From a virus (lineage: Duplodnaviria; Caudoviricetes), in the IMG/VR virus record IMGVR_UViG_3300033074_000977, positions 1 through 64,000 of that record: 64,000 nt of DNA. One strand, 5' to 3'. Shown one piece after another: positions 51,832 to 61,185 of the stretch (positions are counted from its first letter, which is position 1; each line of letters starts with the position of its first letter). The notes beneath the pieces are model-generated. The model had not been told where the DNA came from. It ran no database searches and worked only from the letters and a program-made list of their open reading frames with translations. The translations under genes were made by a program, and so were the position numbers.

Positions 51832-54800
51832 TTAGAACCGCGATATTACATACCAATTAGTCCCATTTGATTGGATAGCTACACCCTCATAAGCCGAGGA
51901 AAGGACAATGGTAAGATTACCATCTATTGTTTCCGTAGAATTACCGTCAATCGTAACTGTGTTGACTCCACCGTCTATCTTCTTCACTACCAGGATTCGG
52001 CCCGACATTGTAGAAGCGGCAGGCAGATTTACAGTCTGACTGGCGGAGGTCGGGTCGCAAAGAATTGTCGTATCAGTTGTTGTCGCTGTTACGGTGGCTG
52101 ACGTGGACGAGCGCAGCCCTACACCAAACCCCTGACTGACTGACAATGAGCCGGTGATAGCCACCCCGGTGGACGATGCAGCCAGGGTATCAACATTCGT
52201 TGAGCCTGACGTTTTAGTTCGTAAAATTACTGTTGCATTGTCGTTAGGGTAGATATTGGCTAAATAGGCTTTTGTATTGCCTGTAGCATCGTAGCTGAAT
52301 TCCAGGCCGTAGGAGCTAAGCACTCCGCCGATTTGCGTAGTGGACGAGATAAAGCCCGTGCCAACAACGTGCAGTTTTGTGGATGGCGATGTCGTACCAA
52401 TGCCCAATCCAGTGGCATTCAAAGTAGTCAGCGCTACGTTATTAACACCGTTAGTTATTTTTGCACCGGAGGTATTCGCATTGATGAAGATCCCGGCAGT
52501 TGCCAGAGATTCAGATTGGATGAACACCTGTTCAGCTACGGTTGGGCCTGATGTTGCAAATCCCGATGAGCGAATACCTACGCGTAGATAGTTGCCAGTG
52601 TCGTTGACAAAATCAAATTCTGATGTAGCCGCATTGCCGTTTGAAGAGTTTGTAAAACTGGGGCCAGTAGCTGCGTTGGAAGAAACCGTCGTGGCAGTTG
52701 CCAATAACGTACCGCTGGTTGGCAGTGTTACATTTGTGTTATTGGTAGTAGTTAAAGTTAATGAATACGCACCAGATGTAGCAAATGCGCCTGCGGTAGT
52801 AAACGCTCCAGCAGTAGTTAGCGCACCAGTGGTAACTAAATCTCCGCCTAGAGATAACCGCCGCGCGGCGTCTTGGACTTGGATGGTTAAGATACGATTG
52901 GCGGTTAGGGTTTCGTTAGCCAGAAAGCGAATCGAGAAAGCTCCAGTACCGGAGTTAAAGGTGGATAAATTAGTAACAGCTGTGATTGATCCACCCGTGA
53001 TAGTTGGAGATGTGCCAAAGACCAGCGCACCAGAGCCGGTTTCGTCAGATAAGGCACCTGAAATACCTGCTGATGTGGTTAGTCCTGTGAAGGCTGATGT
53101 ACCGTTGCCGAGCAAGATGCCCGTTAGAGTCGCTGCGCCAGATCCACCGCGACTAACTGCCAATGTACCCGCCCAGGTCAATACATGTGCCGAACCGCCA
53201 CTTACGATTGTAACGTTCGTGTCGTTGGTAAAAGTCTGCGGATCGGCTGTCAATCCATTTAGCGTGGTAATACCAGTGCCACCTGCACCTGTCTGATCCG
53301 TGCCACAAGAAAACGTCTGTGTTCCGTTATCGTATAAAAGCTTCGAGGTAGTCGCATTGGAACATGACGGTAAAGTCTTCAGTGCCCCGGTATTAACTCC
53401 AGTCCCTACCAGCACCTCGTTTGCTGCCCAAGTACCCTGACCCGTGCCGCCTCTAGTTAATCCTAACGTACCGGTAGTTAGTGCGGCAGTGCTGATTCCC
53501 CCAGTACCCACAGCTGTTACGACACCCGTGGTACTCATTCCGATTCCGTTAGATCCGTTTACGATTTGTAGCGGCGTAGTAGAGTCAGTTGATATCGTAA
53601 AGGTGGTTGAATTGAACCCTAGTTTACCATAGGTGGTGTTGGTATTGTCATTCCTTACATAGATAGATCCAGGCCCGACGTTAACTTCCGACCAACGGAG
53701 CGCCGAAGTCCCCAGCGCGTATAAGTTATCTGAAGTTGGGTTAATGGATGTGGTGGATAGCGTGGAAGTAAAAGTCTTAGCCCCGGCGTAGGATTGGGTG
53801 CCGTTGTTAACCAACCCTTGGGCGCAGGTTGTGCAGGCGTCGTTGAGGTTGAGCGTGATGGTACCCGAGCCGGTGATCGGGTTGGTACCGGATAAATTCG
53901 GCGCAGTGCCGGTAGTGCCCAAGGCCAGCCCAACCGACGTAACTGTTCCCCCGCCGCCTCCGCCCCCTCCGCAACCGAAGCTATTAACCACACCGTTAGC
54001 GTCGACACAGACTGTGCGGGTGCCCGTACCGATCCCATTTACCAACGTCAATACCGCGTTCGATTGCAGTGTCCCACCGCGTAACTCGGTGATCGGTTCG
54101 TCTTCATCATAGGTAGCTTTGGTGCCGTAGAGTAACCTGAAATTCGCCACCCTAAATACTGCCGCGTTTGCGCCCTGGCCGCATTCGATCTGGACTTTCA
54201 GGGTACGGCCGGTGCCCGCTCCGATTCGCGTGGTAATGGATCCACGTTCCCAACGCTCGATGATTCGACCCTGCGCAGCTGAAGGGTTGTAGCCAAATTG
54301 TCCGGTAGTACCTACGGATGGGATAAGTTTAACCCGCAGCTCGTTATAAGTAGCCCCAGAAGTAATCGCATCCGCGCCACGGCTTACAATGTAGAAATCA
54401 AACCCGAGTGTGACTGTCTGATGTTCAGCCACCCCATCCGGTACATTGATCGTCTGCGACATCTGTTCGGCATAGGCATTCCCGCCCCCAGTGGTGGGTG
54501 CGACTTCGATATAGCGCAAGCCCCGGTCTGTGCCAGCGTTAACGGCAGTCAACGCCCCTGGAGCAGTTTGTGTCCATGATGTCAGTCCACGCGCGAACGC
54601 ACCGTTAAGCAGCAACCCACGCCCGAATACAGTGCTATAGAGATCGGCAGTGTCGTAGGCTGGTCCGGAGTTGGTTCCTTCCAGGTAGCGCACGCCAAGG
54701 CCGATCTTCGGTGGATAGAAATCCGGCGTCGAGTCAATGGTGTTGCCATAAAGGATCGACTGCGGTGAGGTGAGGGTGGTGTTGTCTACGGTAACCCCAC

Positions 54801-56961
54801 GCGTGCCGTTTTCCAGATAGATGTCCGCTGCGGCGTCACCAGCTGTGCCGATATAGCTACCTTCGTCGATCTTAGCCCCCTGGACGTTGTTCAACCGCAA
54901 CCCGATAGTATAACCGGTAGGGGTACCGTTCGCGCCAACGTTCGAGTTTAGGAAGCTAAACCCACGCACTGAACTGGCCATCACTGCTGCGCCACCTGAA
55001 CCACCGTTCCCTTCCACCCAGATCGATCGATGTGTAATCTGGTCGGAGTTCTCGTACAGCGCTGCGTAAACCTCATCGCCAGTGGTGGAGTTCGTCCAGT
55101 TCCCTTGCCAAGTGCCACCGTCGATGGTGATGTTATTAGCGTTGTTGGTGTAAACCTGCGCGAACGCGCGTGGGTAGAGGGTAGCTGTGAGTCCGGTTGT
55201 GGCAATCCACGGGGGTTGCGATACCTCAAAGGATGTGCTGCTGATAATGCGTGTGATTAAGGCAGTGTGCTCGGTTTGGTTAACTGACGCACCAGTGATC
55301 TTGACCAGCCGGTAGAGGTCGGTTGAGCTGACTGAGCCGGATGTAACAGTGATGACATTGGACGCCGTACCAATGGTTACGCCGGAGGTGTTATGTGCGC
55401 CTGCTGTGGTGACTGTAATAGTACGACGCTGGTTTGACGGCAGCACTGTGGAGTACTGAAAAAACGTATCTCGGATTGTGTTGGCGTTAGGTTCGGTTTG
55501 TGATCCCAAGCCTCTTACATTGGACGTGGCTGGAAGAAAAATCCCGTTGTTACAGTAATAGCAGCTAAAATCCTTGATCGAACTAGACTGCATGTTATCC
55601 GAGATAATCCCATACTTGAACCCAATCCCGCGCACCTTGTCGAGCTTAACTGCGGTTGCGCCAGACTGCGGCACCCCCTCCGAGTTGTACTGATCCGATT
55701 GCAGATATAGCGCAGCACCGGTATCAGTGTAATCCGGAGTTTGCAACTGGTAGCGGTTCGCGTGAAACAGGCCGATATTGCGCAGGTTGAGATTAAGTAA
55801 GTTAGTTCCGGCTGCTTTAAGTAAATGGCCTGGACCCGTCATGATAAACGCAGACCGGTATTCAGCCGACCCTTCGATTATCCATTGTTCGTTGCGGGCT
55901 TCGGAGGGACTTGGGATGGCTAGCGCGTAAGGGTGCGCGGAGTCATAGTCGTAGAATGAACTAACTGGAATCCAGCCATCTGGTAATTGAAGCGTGCCGG
56001 AAGTATATGTATTGAAGAACACTCGCAGCGCTGCGGTGTCATCGTGCTGAATAAAGTCAATCGAATTTGCGTTACTAACTGCGGGCGTAAAGGTTAAGGT
56101 ATTCCCGCTGACCGCCGTAACCGTTGCAATTAGATCCACCCCATTGCTCACCCCATCCGGTATGCGGATCCCTTGACCCACTTTCCATGTGTTAAGTGAG
56201 TTGGCGTAGTAGCGTAAGGGGTAGTAGGATTGGGTGGAGGTATCTGCGGTCGGTCCAAGATTAACAGTCTCCGCAGTAATCCCGGTCATCGTGACTGAGG
56301 TAGCACCTACCGCAATCAACCCGGTCACTAGGTATAGCCGGGGATCTGCTGACACCCCCAGATCAGTGACCGCGTTATACACCCCGGTCGGAGTGCGCTT
56401 CGTCGACAAGCTACTTGCGGTACGGGCAGCATCATCCACCGCCGTCAGAAAAGGATTCGGCAGGTCGATCTTATTCCGCTGGGGATCCAGAGTAGTACCT
56501 AGATTGCTCAGCTGCAACGTCCCGGCACCCAATGCCAAATCTGTCCGCCAGAAGAATGGTGTAGTTATATTATTTGGTGCGGTACCGCCACTTAACTGCA
56601 CATCAAGTCGCTGCGCAACGGAGCTGTAGAACTCGAAGTAGCCATTTGCATCGGCTGTGAATGGATTGGACTTAGCTCCATACGAGCTATTACTATAGAT
56701 AGTTTGCAGCGTCGAAGTGCCTGTTCGGTAAACTGTAACAGTACAGCTCGGGTAGGATTTCTGCACCGTAGTCGTGCTGGTCTGACCTGCTGTAGTAACT
56801 TTCTGCCCGCCCCGTTCGCAGTAACCGGATACCTTTTCGACGGTAGTTTGGGCATGGGCAACCGTTGCAAGGGAGGATGATCCGAGGGGGATGTTACACG
56901 TGAAAGAGACGGTTAAAAGTAATACACAGGCTATGAGCAGCCAGCACAGACTACGGTACAT
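51832..56961 (-). CDS. long tail fibre/tailspike (1709 aa) with beta-helix domain and N-terminal signal peptide
   Basis: NPFTADANG..FY attachment-type segment; HDDTAAL..F beta-helix start; GGTG fibre repeats; C-terminal T..LPAA...G....K.......IDG...DG.NW domain; N-terminal h-region ending AHA-QT. Confidence 0.75.
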   Translation of the reverse strand: MYRSLCWLLIACVLLLTVSFTCNIPLGSSSLATVAHAQTTVEKVSGYCERGGQKVTTAGQTSTTTVQKSYPSCTVTVYRTGTSTLQTIYSNSSYGAKSNPFTADANGYFEFYSSVAQRLDVQLSGGTAPNNITTPFFWRTDLALGAGTLQLSNLGTTLDPQRNKIDLPNPFLTAVDDAARTASSLSTKRTPTGVYNAVTDLGVSADPRLYLVTGLIAVGATSVTMTGITAETVNLGPTADTSTQSYYPLRYYANSLNTWKVGQGIRIPDGVSNGVDLIATVTAVSGNTLTFTPAVSNANSIDFIQHDDTAALRVFFNTYTSGTLQLPDGWIPVSSFYDYDSAHPYALAIPSPSEARNEQWIIEGSAEYRSAFIMTGPGHLLKAAGTNLLNLNLRNIGLFHANRYQLQTPDYTDTGAALYLQSDQYNSEGVPQSGATAVKLDKVRGIGFKYGIISDNMQSSSIKDFSCYYCNNGIFLPATSNVRGLGSQTEPNANTIRDTFFQYSTVLPSNQRRTITVTTAGAHNTSGVTIGTASNVITVTSGSVSSTDLYRLVKITGASVNQTEHTALITRIISSTSFEVSQPPWIATTGLTATLYPRAFAQVYTNNANNITIDGGTWQGNWTNSTTGDEVYAALYENSDQITHRSIWVEGNGGSGGAAVMASSVRGFSFLNSNVGANGTPTGYTIGLRLNNVQGAKIDEGSYIGTAGDAAADIYLENGTRGVTVDNTTLTSPQSILYGNTIDSTPDFYPPKIGLGVRYLEGTNSGPAYDTADLYSTVFGRGLLLNGAFARGLTSWTQTAPGALTAVNAGTDRGLRYIEVAPTTGGGNAYAEQMSQTINVPDGVAEHQTVTLGFDFYIVSRGADAITSGATYNELRVKLIPSVGTTGQFGYNPSAAQGRIIERWERGSITTRIGAGTGRTLKVQIECGQGANAAVFRVANFRLLYGTKATYDEDEPITELRGGTLQSNAVLTLVNGIGTGTRTVCVDANGVVNSFGCGGGGGGGGTVTSVGLALGTTGTAPNLSGTNPITGSGTITLNLNDACTTCAQGLVNNGTQSYAGAKTFTSTLSTTSINPTSDNLYALGTSALRWSEVNVGPGSIYVRNDNTNTTYGKLGFNSTTFTISTDSTTPLQIVNGSNGIGMSTTGVVTAVGTGGISTAALTTGTLGLTRGGTGQGTWAANEVLVGTGVNTGALKTLPSCSNATTSKLLYDNGTQTFSCGTDQTGAGGTGITTLNGLTADPQTFTNDTNVTIVSGGSAHVLTWAGTLAVSRGGSGAATLTGILLGNGTSAFTGLTTSAGISGALSDETGSGALVFGTSPTITGGSITAVTNLSTFNSGTGAFSIRFLANETLTANRILTIQVQDAARRLSLGGDLVTTGALTTAGAFTTAGAFATSGAYSLTLTTTNNTNVTLPTSGTLLATATTVSSNAATGPSFTNSSNGNAATSEFDFVNDTGNYLRVGIRSSGFATSGPTVAEQVFIQSESLATAGIFINANTSGAKITNGVNNVALTTLNATGLGIGTTSPSTKLHVVGTGFISSTTQIGGVLSSYGLEFSYDATGNTKAYLANIYPNDNATVILRTKTSGSTNVDTLAASSTGVAITGSLSVSQGFGVGLRSSTSATVTATTTDTTILCDPTSASQTVNLPAASTMSGRILVVKKIDGGVNTVTIDGNSTETIDGNLTIVLSSAYEGVAIQSNGTNWYVISRF

Positions 56962-57028
56962 GGGGGATCTCCGTGAGGTAAGTCAGTGGAACGCTATGTG
57001 ATAGCTGGAATTTTACTGTCCGCAGCTA

Positions 57029-57358
57029 TCAGCGCCAATTAAACGATGTATGCTTCGGTGAATCAATCGGATCCGTCATACCGCGCTCGCTGTTGCCGAC
57101 CTTCTCGAACGCAGCACCGGGCATTGCCAGCGGTTCCACGTCGATGGAGTCAATCGCGGACATCGCAGCCTTACCACTGTAGGGTACCATTGTGACTACT
57201 TGGTTAGGGTCTTGCACCGGAATGGACAGCGGCGCGGCGGGCATCGACGGGAGGTTAGTAGCTCCCGGGACGCCATTCGTGTGGTTCGGCCAATCTTTAA
57301 CCGGGAACGGCATCTCGGTCATCTTGGAATCTTCCCAGCCGTATGGTTTCAGTGACAT
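57029..57358 (-). CDS. hypothetical Pro-rich protein
   Basis: AAGGAG SD. Confidence 0.6.
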   Translation of the reverse strand: MSLKPYGWEDSKMTEMPFPVKDWPNHTNGVPGATNLPSMPAAPLSIPVQDPNQVVTMVPYSGKAAMSAIDSIDVEPLAMPGAAFEKVGNSERGMTDPIDSPKHTSFNWR

Positions 57359-57380
57359 AGTAAGTAACTCCTTTGGTTGA

Positions 57381-57442
57381 AAAATGGGGTAGCAACACAG
57401 TGTTATGAAGCTAACTCTTTGGAACCCACCCGTTGCTACCCC
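57381..57442 (-). terminator. terminator-like hairpin (- strand)
   Basis: 11-bp arms GGGGTAGCAAC/GTTGCTACCCC (57386-57396, 57432-57442), 35-nt interior, followed by ATTTTT on the - strand. Confidence 0.55.
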
Positions 57443-57512
57443 TTATCAGGAGGTTCACCCGTGGAGAGAATTATCGTGCAAGGGACATGCTGGAGTCAAG
57501 GGGTTTACAAGG

Positions 57513-58673
57513 TCAGCCTGGGTAGCCACCGATAAACACCCGGTTGGGATCCAGCATAAAACTACCGTCACCGTACCCTTGCGAATTCGGGCGTGGTGGT
57601 TGCAGAGCTTCCATGCCGTATCTCCCCTGACCAGGATCCATATTGCTATCCTTCGACCATAACTCGTCATCCTGCATGATCGCTTGGTCGAGGAGTTTGG
57701 TGTAGCGCAGAGTGTCCACTTGGATATGTTTGAACCAGTCGGTAGATTTTAACTCCATCCGGGTGGCTTTGTTACGGTCGCACCATTGGGCAGCTTTTAC
57801 CCTGGCTAGCGAGAGAATTAGGTCGGTAGTAAAGGGCGCTGGTAAGGTGCCTTCGCGCGAGTTGTAAACCTCGCTCAGCTCGCCGCCGTTGGTCATGTAC
57901 TGGCATTCGTAAATTAGGTTCGCGCTGCCGTTATATGCTGGATAGATTTGGAACCTAGGCATACCCGCATAGAGCGGCCCGTCTACAGCTACACCCGGGA
58001 AGTCTGGCCCAACCGGGTCGAGTGGATGCAGGGATCGTGGGTAAGCCGTAGCTTGATAGCCAGGGGAATTTGGTGCGGCAGCTGGAATGTAGTATAGCTT
58101 ATCCTGCGCCGTGGTGGAACTGCTACTTACCTTACGGATAGTAATGAAATGCCGGAAGGTCCAATCCTCACGGATGCCGTAGGTGTCGCCTACTGCCGGT
58201 GGGGTAGCTTCATCGAATTCAGGAATGGAGTAGTACGGTGCGAGACAGTAAGCTTTTACGATGCTAAACGACGCGCTTGCGGCGGTATCACCGAAGTATG
58301 GTCTATCCAATACTACCTTCAAGTCAGCGCTGTACCACCTAGCAATATGGTAAGGTCTGCCATCCGGTGCAATGATCGTCATTCGGGCAGCTTGGAGTTG
58401 CGGTAACGCGTCTAAGTAAGTCTGCGTGGCAGCGTTTACTACCACTAACCGGGATCCGCTGGTGAAATTCGCCGACCCTGACGTAAACCCAGCTGGAAAA
58501 CTCAGCCAACCCACGCGCTTTAACCCATACCACGGACGCTCAGCACACAGCTCCCGATAAGCTTCTTGAACTAATGCAAGATCCAGTTCCGGGGGTAGGG
58601 AATTGGCAAAGTCCTGGCGTAACCGGCTACCAAGGTTAATCAGTGGACTGTTACGTGTAAGTTCTATTGCCAT
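57513..58673 (-). CDS. second head-tail adaptor-like protein with inserted beta domain
   Basis: Helical N-terminus (LVQEAYRELC..RPW); SGS..FTSGS..V insert; PAPF...L....A C-terminal motif. Confidence 0.5.
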   Translation of the reverse strand: MAIELTRNSPLINLGSRLRQDFANSLPPELDLALVQEAYRELCAERPWYGLKRVGWLSFPAGFTSGSANFTSGSRLVVVNAATQTYLDALPQLQAARMTIIAPDGRPYHIARWYSADLKVVLDRPYFGDTAASASFSIVKAYCLAPYYSIPEFDEATPPAVGDTYGIREDWTFRHFITIRKVSSSSTTAQDKLYYIPAAAPNSPGYQATAYPRSLHPLDPVGPDFPGVAVDGPLYAGMPRFQIYPAYNGSANLIYECQYMTNGGELSEVYNSREGTLPAPFTTDLILSLARVKAAQWCDRNKATRMELKSTDWFKHIQVDTLRYTKLLDQAIMQDDELWSKDSNMDPGQGRYGMEALQPPRPNSQGYGDGSFMLDPNRVFIGGYPG

Positions 58674-58708
58674 AATTCCGCCTTGAAGAACTGGATCCTT
58701 GCTTAGCT

Positions 58709-58812
58709 GTGCGCAAGGTTAAGGATTATATTTCTATCCGTGAATTCGCTCATCCCTGCAACGTAGACTCGCGCGTTCTCGGCCTCCCCAGGAATCCTTA
58801 ACCTATGCGCAC
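58709..58812. repeat. long inverted repeat (19-20-bp arms) between the capsid block and the adaptor gene
   Basis: GTGCGCAAGGTTAAGGATT (58709-58727) vs AATCCTTAACCTATGCGCAC (58793-58812), one bulged base. Confidence 0.8.
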
Positions 58813-58854
58813 GGGGATTGGTGATGGTTATACGAGGTAGTATAGCGGTTACGC

Positions 58855-59193
58855 TTACGCCCCGTGAACAACCATCTGAAACGTAATCGCGGACAGGTCG
58901 GTTGTGGCAGCAGCTTCCTCGCCGTCAGCCATATCGGTAACGATAACCTTACCGTCATCCTGACCTTCCCCGCGACCATTCGGCATATACAAATCAGCTT
59001 TCCACAATCCTTGACCGGATGCGTTATAGCCGATTGCTGTAGTGGCTCCCCAGAACCACACCAAGCCGAAGTTTCGCGCGTAGACCGTTTCCCCGTACTG
59101 TGTGTACGAGGCCGGTCCTTTGAACGAAACCAGAGCGTGTTGTGCCCCAGGGCTACCCTTGACCATTTTATGGATCTTGACATCAGTTAACAT
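58855..59193 (-). CDS. small structural protein
   Basis: GGAGG SD; GP..Y...GE motif; follows the decoration gene. Confidence 0.6.
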   Translation of the reverse strand: MLTDVKIHKMVKGSPGAQHALVSFKGPASYTQYGETVYARNFGLVWFWGATTAIGYNASGQGLWKADLYMPNGRGEGQDDGKVIVTDMADGEEAAATTDLSAITFQMVVHGA

Positions 59194-59210
59194 AGTGCTT
59201 CAGATCCTCC

Positions 59211-59885
59211 TTAGATCATGCGGAGTTTCGGTTGGATGTAGGTCCGCACCAAGCCGCCGTTGGAGAGCGTGGCGATAACCTTACCAACTTCGGTGCCCAG
59301 GATCAGGTTAGTGACTGCGGTGGCATCAGCCAAGCCATCAATCACACCCAAGCTGGAGTCGCTAACGGCGTAGACCGGTTTGCCTGCCGTGGATGCGTTC
59401 GTGACCGTAGCCTTGCAACGTGCTTCCACGTCACCCAGGTTGACGATCAGGCAGTAGTCGCCTTTGTTAGTCGGGGTCCAGAGATATACGCCGACAGCGT
59501 TGCCAACGTTAGTATCAGGGTCAGGTGTTACAACGAACCCGGTACGATCCGACATAAACGCCAGCTTACCCGCTGCCGGCGCACCGGTGGACGATGACAA
59601 CCCTTTGACGAGCTGGATCCGGCAACCGCCGAAGTTCAGCAAGGTAGCCTGTTCAGCAGCTGTCAGGGATTTGTAAATCTCAGCCCGCACCGCTGCGGCT
59701 GAGAACATCCCACCAGTTTGACTACCAACCTCGAATTCCTGCCCTAACGCACCGGGGATCCAATCACCGGATACGCGTGTCGCGGCACCCGTAGCATACG
59801 CGCCTTGCGGCAGGATACCGGTACCACCAATTGCACCCCAATTCCCCGGGGCCGGGAGTTTCAAACTACGAAGTGAAATCAACAT
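59211..59885 (-). CDS. capsid decoration/cement protein (putative)
   Basis: Directly after MCP; beta-rich, Ala/Gly-rich. Confidence 0.55.
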   Translation of the reverse strand: MLISLRSLKLPAPGNWGAIGGTGILPQGAYATGAATRVSGDWIPGALGQEFEVGSQTGGMFSAAAVRAEIYKSLTAAEQATLLNFGGCRIQLVKGLSSSTGAPAAGKLAFMSDRTGFVVTPDPDTNVGNAVGVYLWTPTNKGDYCLIVNLGDVEARCKATVTNASTAGKPVYAVSDSSLGVIDGLADATAVTNLILGTEVGKVIATLSNGGLVRTYIQPKLRMI

Positions 59886-59922
59886 ATAAACTAACTCCTT
59901 TACTCCAAGTTATTGTGGTTAA

Positions 59923-61110
59923 TTAGATCACCGGTTGTAGACCGTAACCTTGACGGTTCAGGCGTGGTTCGAGGCAACGCGCGTTACCCGCGAAGTGGAT
60001 GCGACCGATTACGCGAGTCGTTAACGGATGCGTCATCCAGCCCGAGAAACCCATCGAAAACAGCGGAGATGCAGAGATGTCGAACAACCAAGAATCGCTG
60101 TTCAAAGCCCACATCGTATCGCCTACGGTGAGGACGGTACTGGTAGCGGGTTTTTGGAACGCAAACTCAGCGCTGATGTTGTCATAAGCAGTACCCGCAC
60201 CTGGGAGGGTGACAGTTTTGTTCAGGGTGTTGAAGTTACCGTAACCGACATCCGCACCGCGCAGGCCCGGAGCGTACTCATCAGCTACGATCAAGGCTTG
60301 CTGGAACTTGGTGCCGCCGATCACACCCCAGTAAGGATCGCGCTCGGATTGGACCAGCTGCTTGCCTTCGAGGACTGACCGGATACCGGCTGTGACGCCT
60401 TTGGTGGTGACGATCAGATCGGGGGATTGAGAACCCACGGTCGGGCCGTTGTAGCCGCCAGTGTACAGAGCTTCCAGTTCCTCGTAAGTCAGACGCTTGG
60501 TGCCACCGTTCGTGTCGCCCATCCAGCGGGGGATGGAGTTGAGGGCACGACCGACTTCCGAGCGGGACTGACCGCCATAGCTGGTCCAGACATTCGCGTC
60601 GTAGCCAGGAGTAACACCGTCGTTCAAAGCTTCTGGCATACCGTTGATATGCAGGCTGCGGTCTTCGACAGTCGCACCAAAGCTACCTGCGGAAGTGACG
60701 TTCTGACCGTGGAGATACATCATCACGCCGAGACGGGCAGAGAGCGAACTGATCGCAGCGCCGACCTGGACATCCAAAGTATTAGCCACGTTCAGCGATG
60801 AATCGCCCTGGACAACTTCGAGATTTTCGAGAAGATCCAGCAGCAACGCCACGTAGAACTTCGGATAGAAGTTATTGCTGGCGATGATCTGACGGCGGAT
60901 GGGGGTAAATTCACTGCCCGCGCGGTAAGCATCGGTCTGCACCGCGTCGAACAGGAACTGTTGCTGGATCGTGGTACCGCCCTTGAAGGCGCGGATCATG
61001 CCCTTCGCGCGCATATACGCGAGCAGTGGGGAATTCCCCAAGAAGAAATTATCGCGGATCTTGTTCGGGAAGATCAGCCTGCGAGTTACAATACTAAGTT
61101 CATCTAACAT
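59923..61110 (-). CDS. major capsid protein (HK97 fold)
   Basis: ATG 61110 after AAGGAG; D.FF..SPLL.Y...GG..I; GM..ALNDG; YGG..R; PDLIVT; position after the scaffold. Confidence 0.8.
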   Translation of the reverse strand: MLDELSIVTRRLIFPNKIRDNFFLGNSPLLAYMRAKGMIRAFKGGTTIQQQFLFDAVQTDAYRAGSEFTPIRRQIIASNNFYPKFYVALLLDLLENLEVVQGDSSLNVANTLDVQVGAAISSLSARLGVMMYLHGQNVTSAGSFGATVEDRSLHINGMPEALNDGVTPGYDANVWTSYGGQSRSEVGRALNSIPRWMGDTNGGTKRLTYEELEALYTGGYNGPTVGSQSPDLIVTTKGVTAGIRSVLEGKQLVQSERDPYWGVIGGTKFQQALIVADEYAPGLRGADVGYGNFNTLNKTVTLPGAGTAYDNISAEFAFQKPATSTVLTVGDTMWALNSDSWLFDISASPLFSMGFSGWMTHPLTTRVIGRIHFAGNARCLEPRLNRQGYGLQPVI

Positions 61111-61185
61111 TAAACGGCTCCTTATGTTAAGGGGGAGAGCCACCTGGGGGATCAGGGGGAGTTGCGTTATTTTACAGCAGCTACC

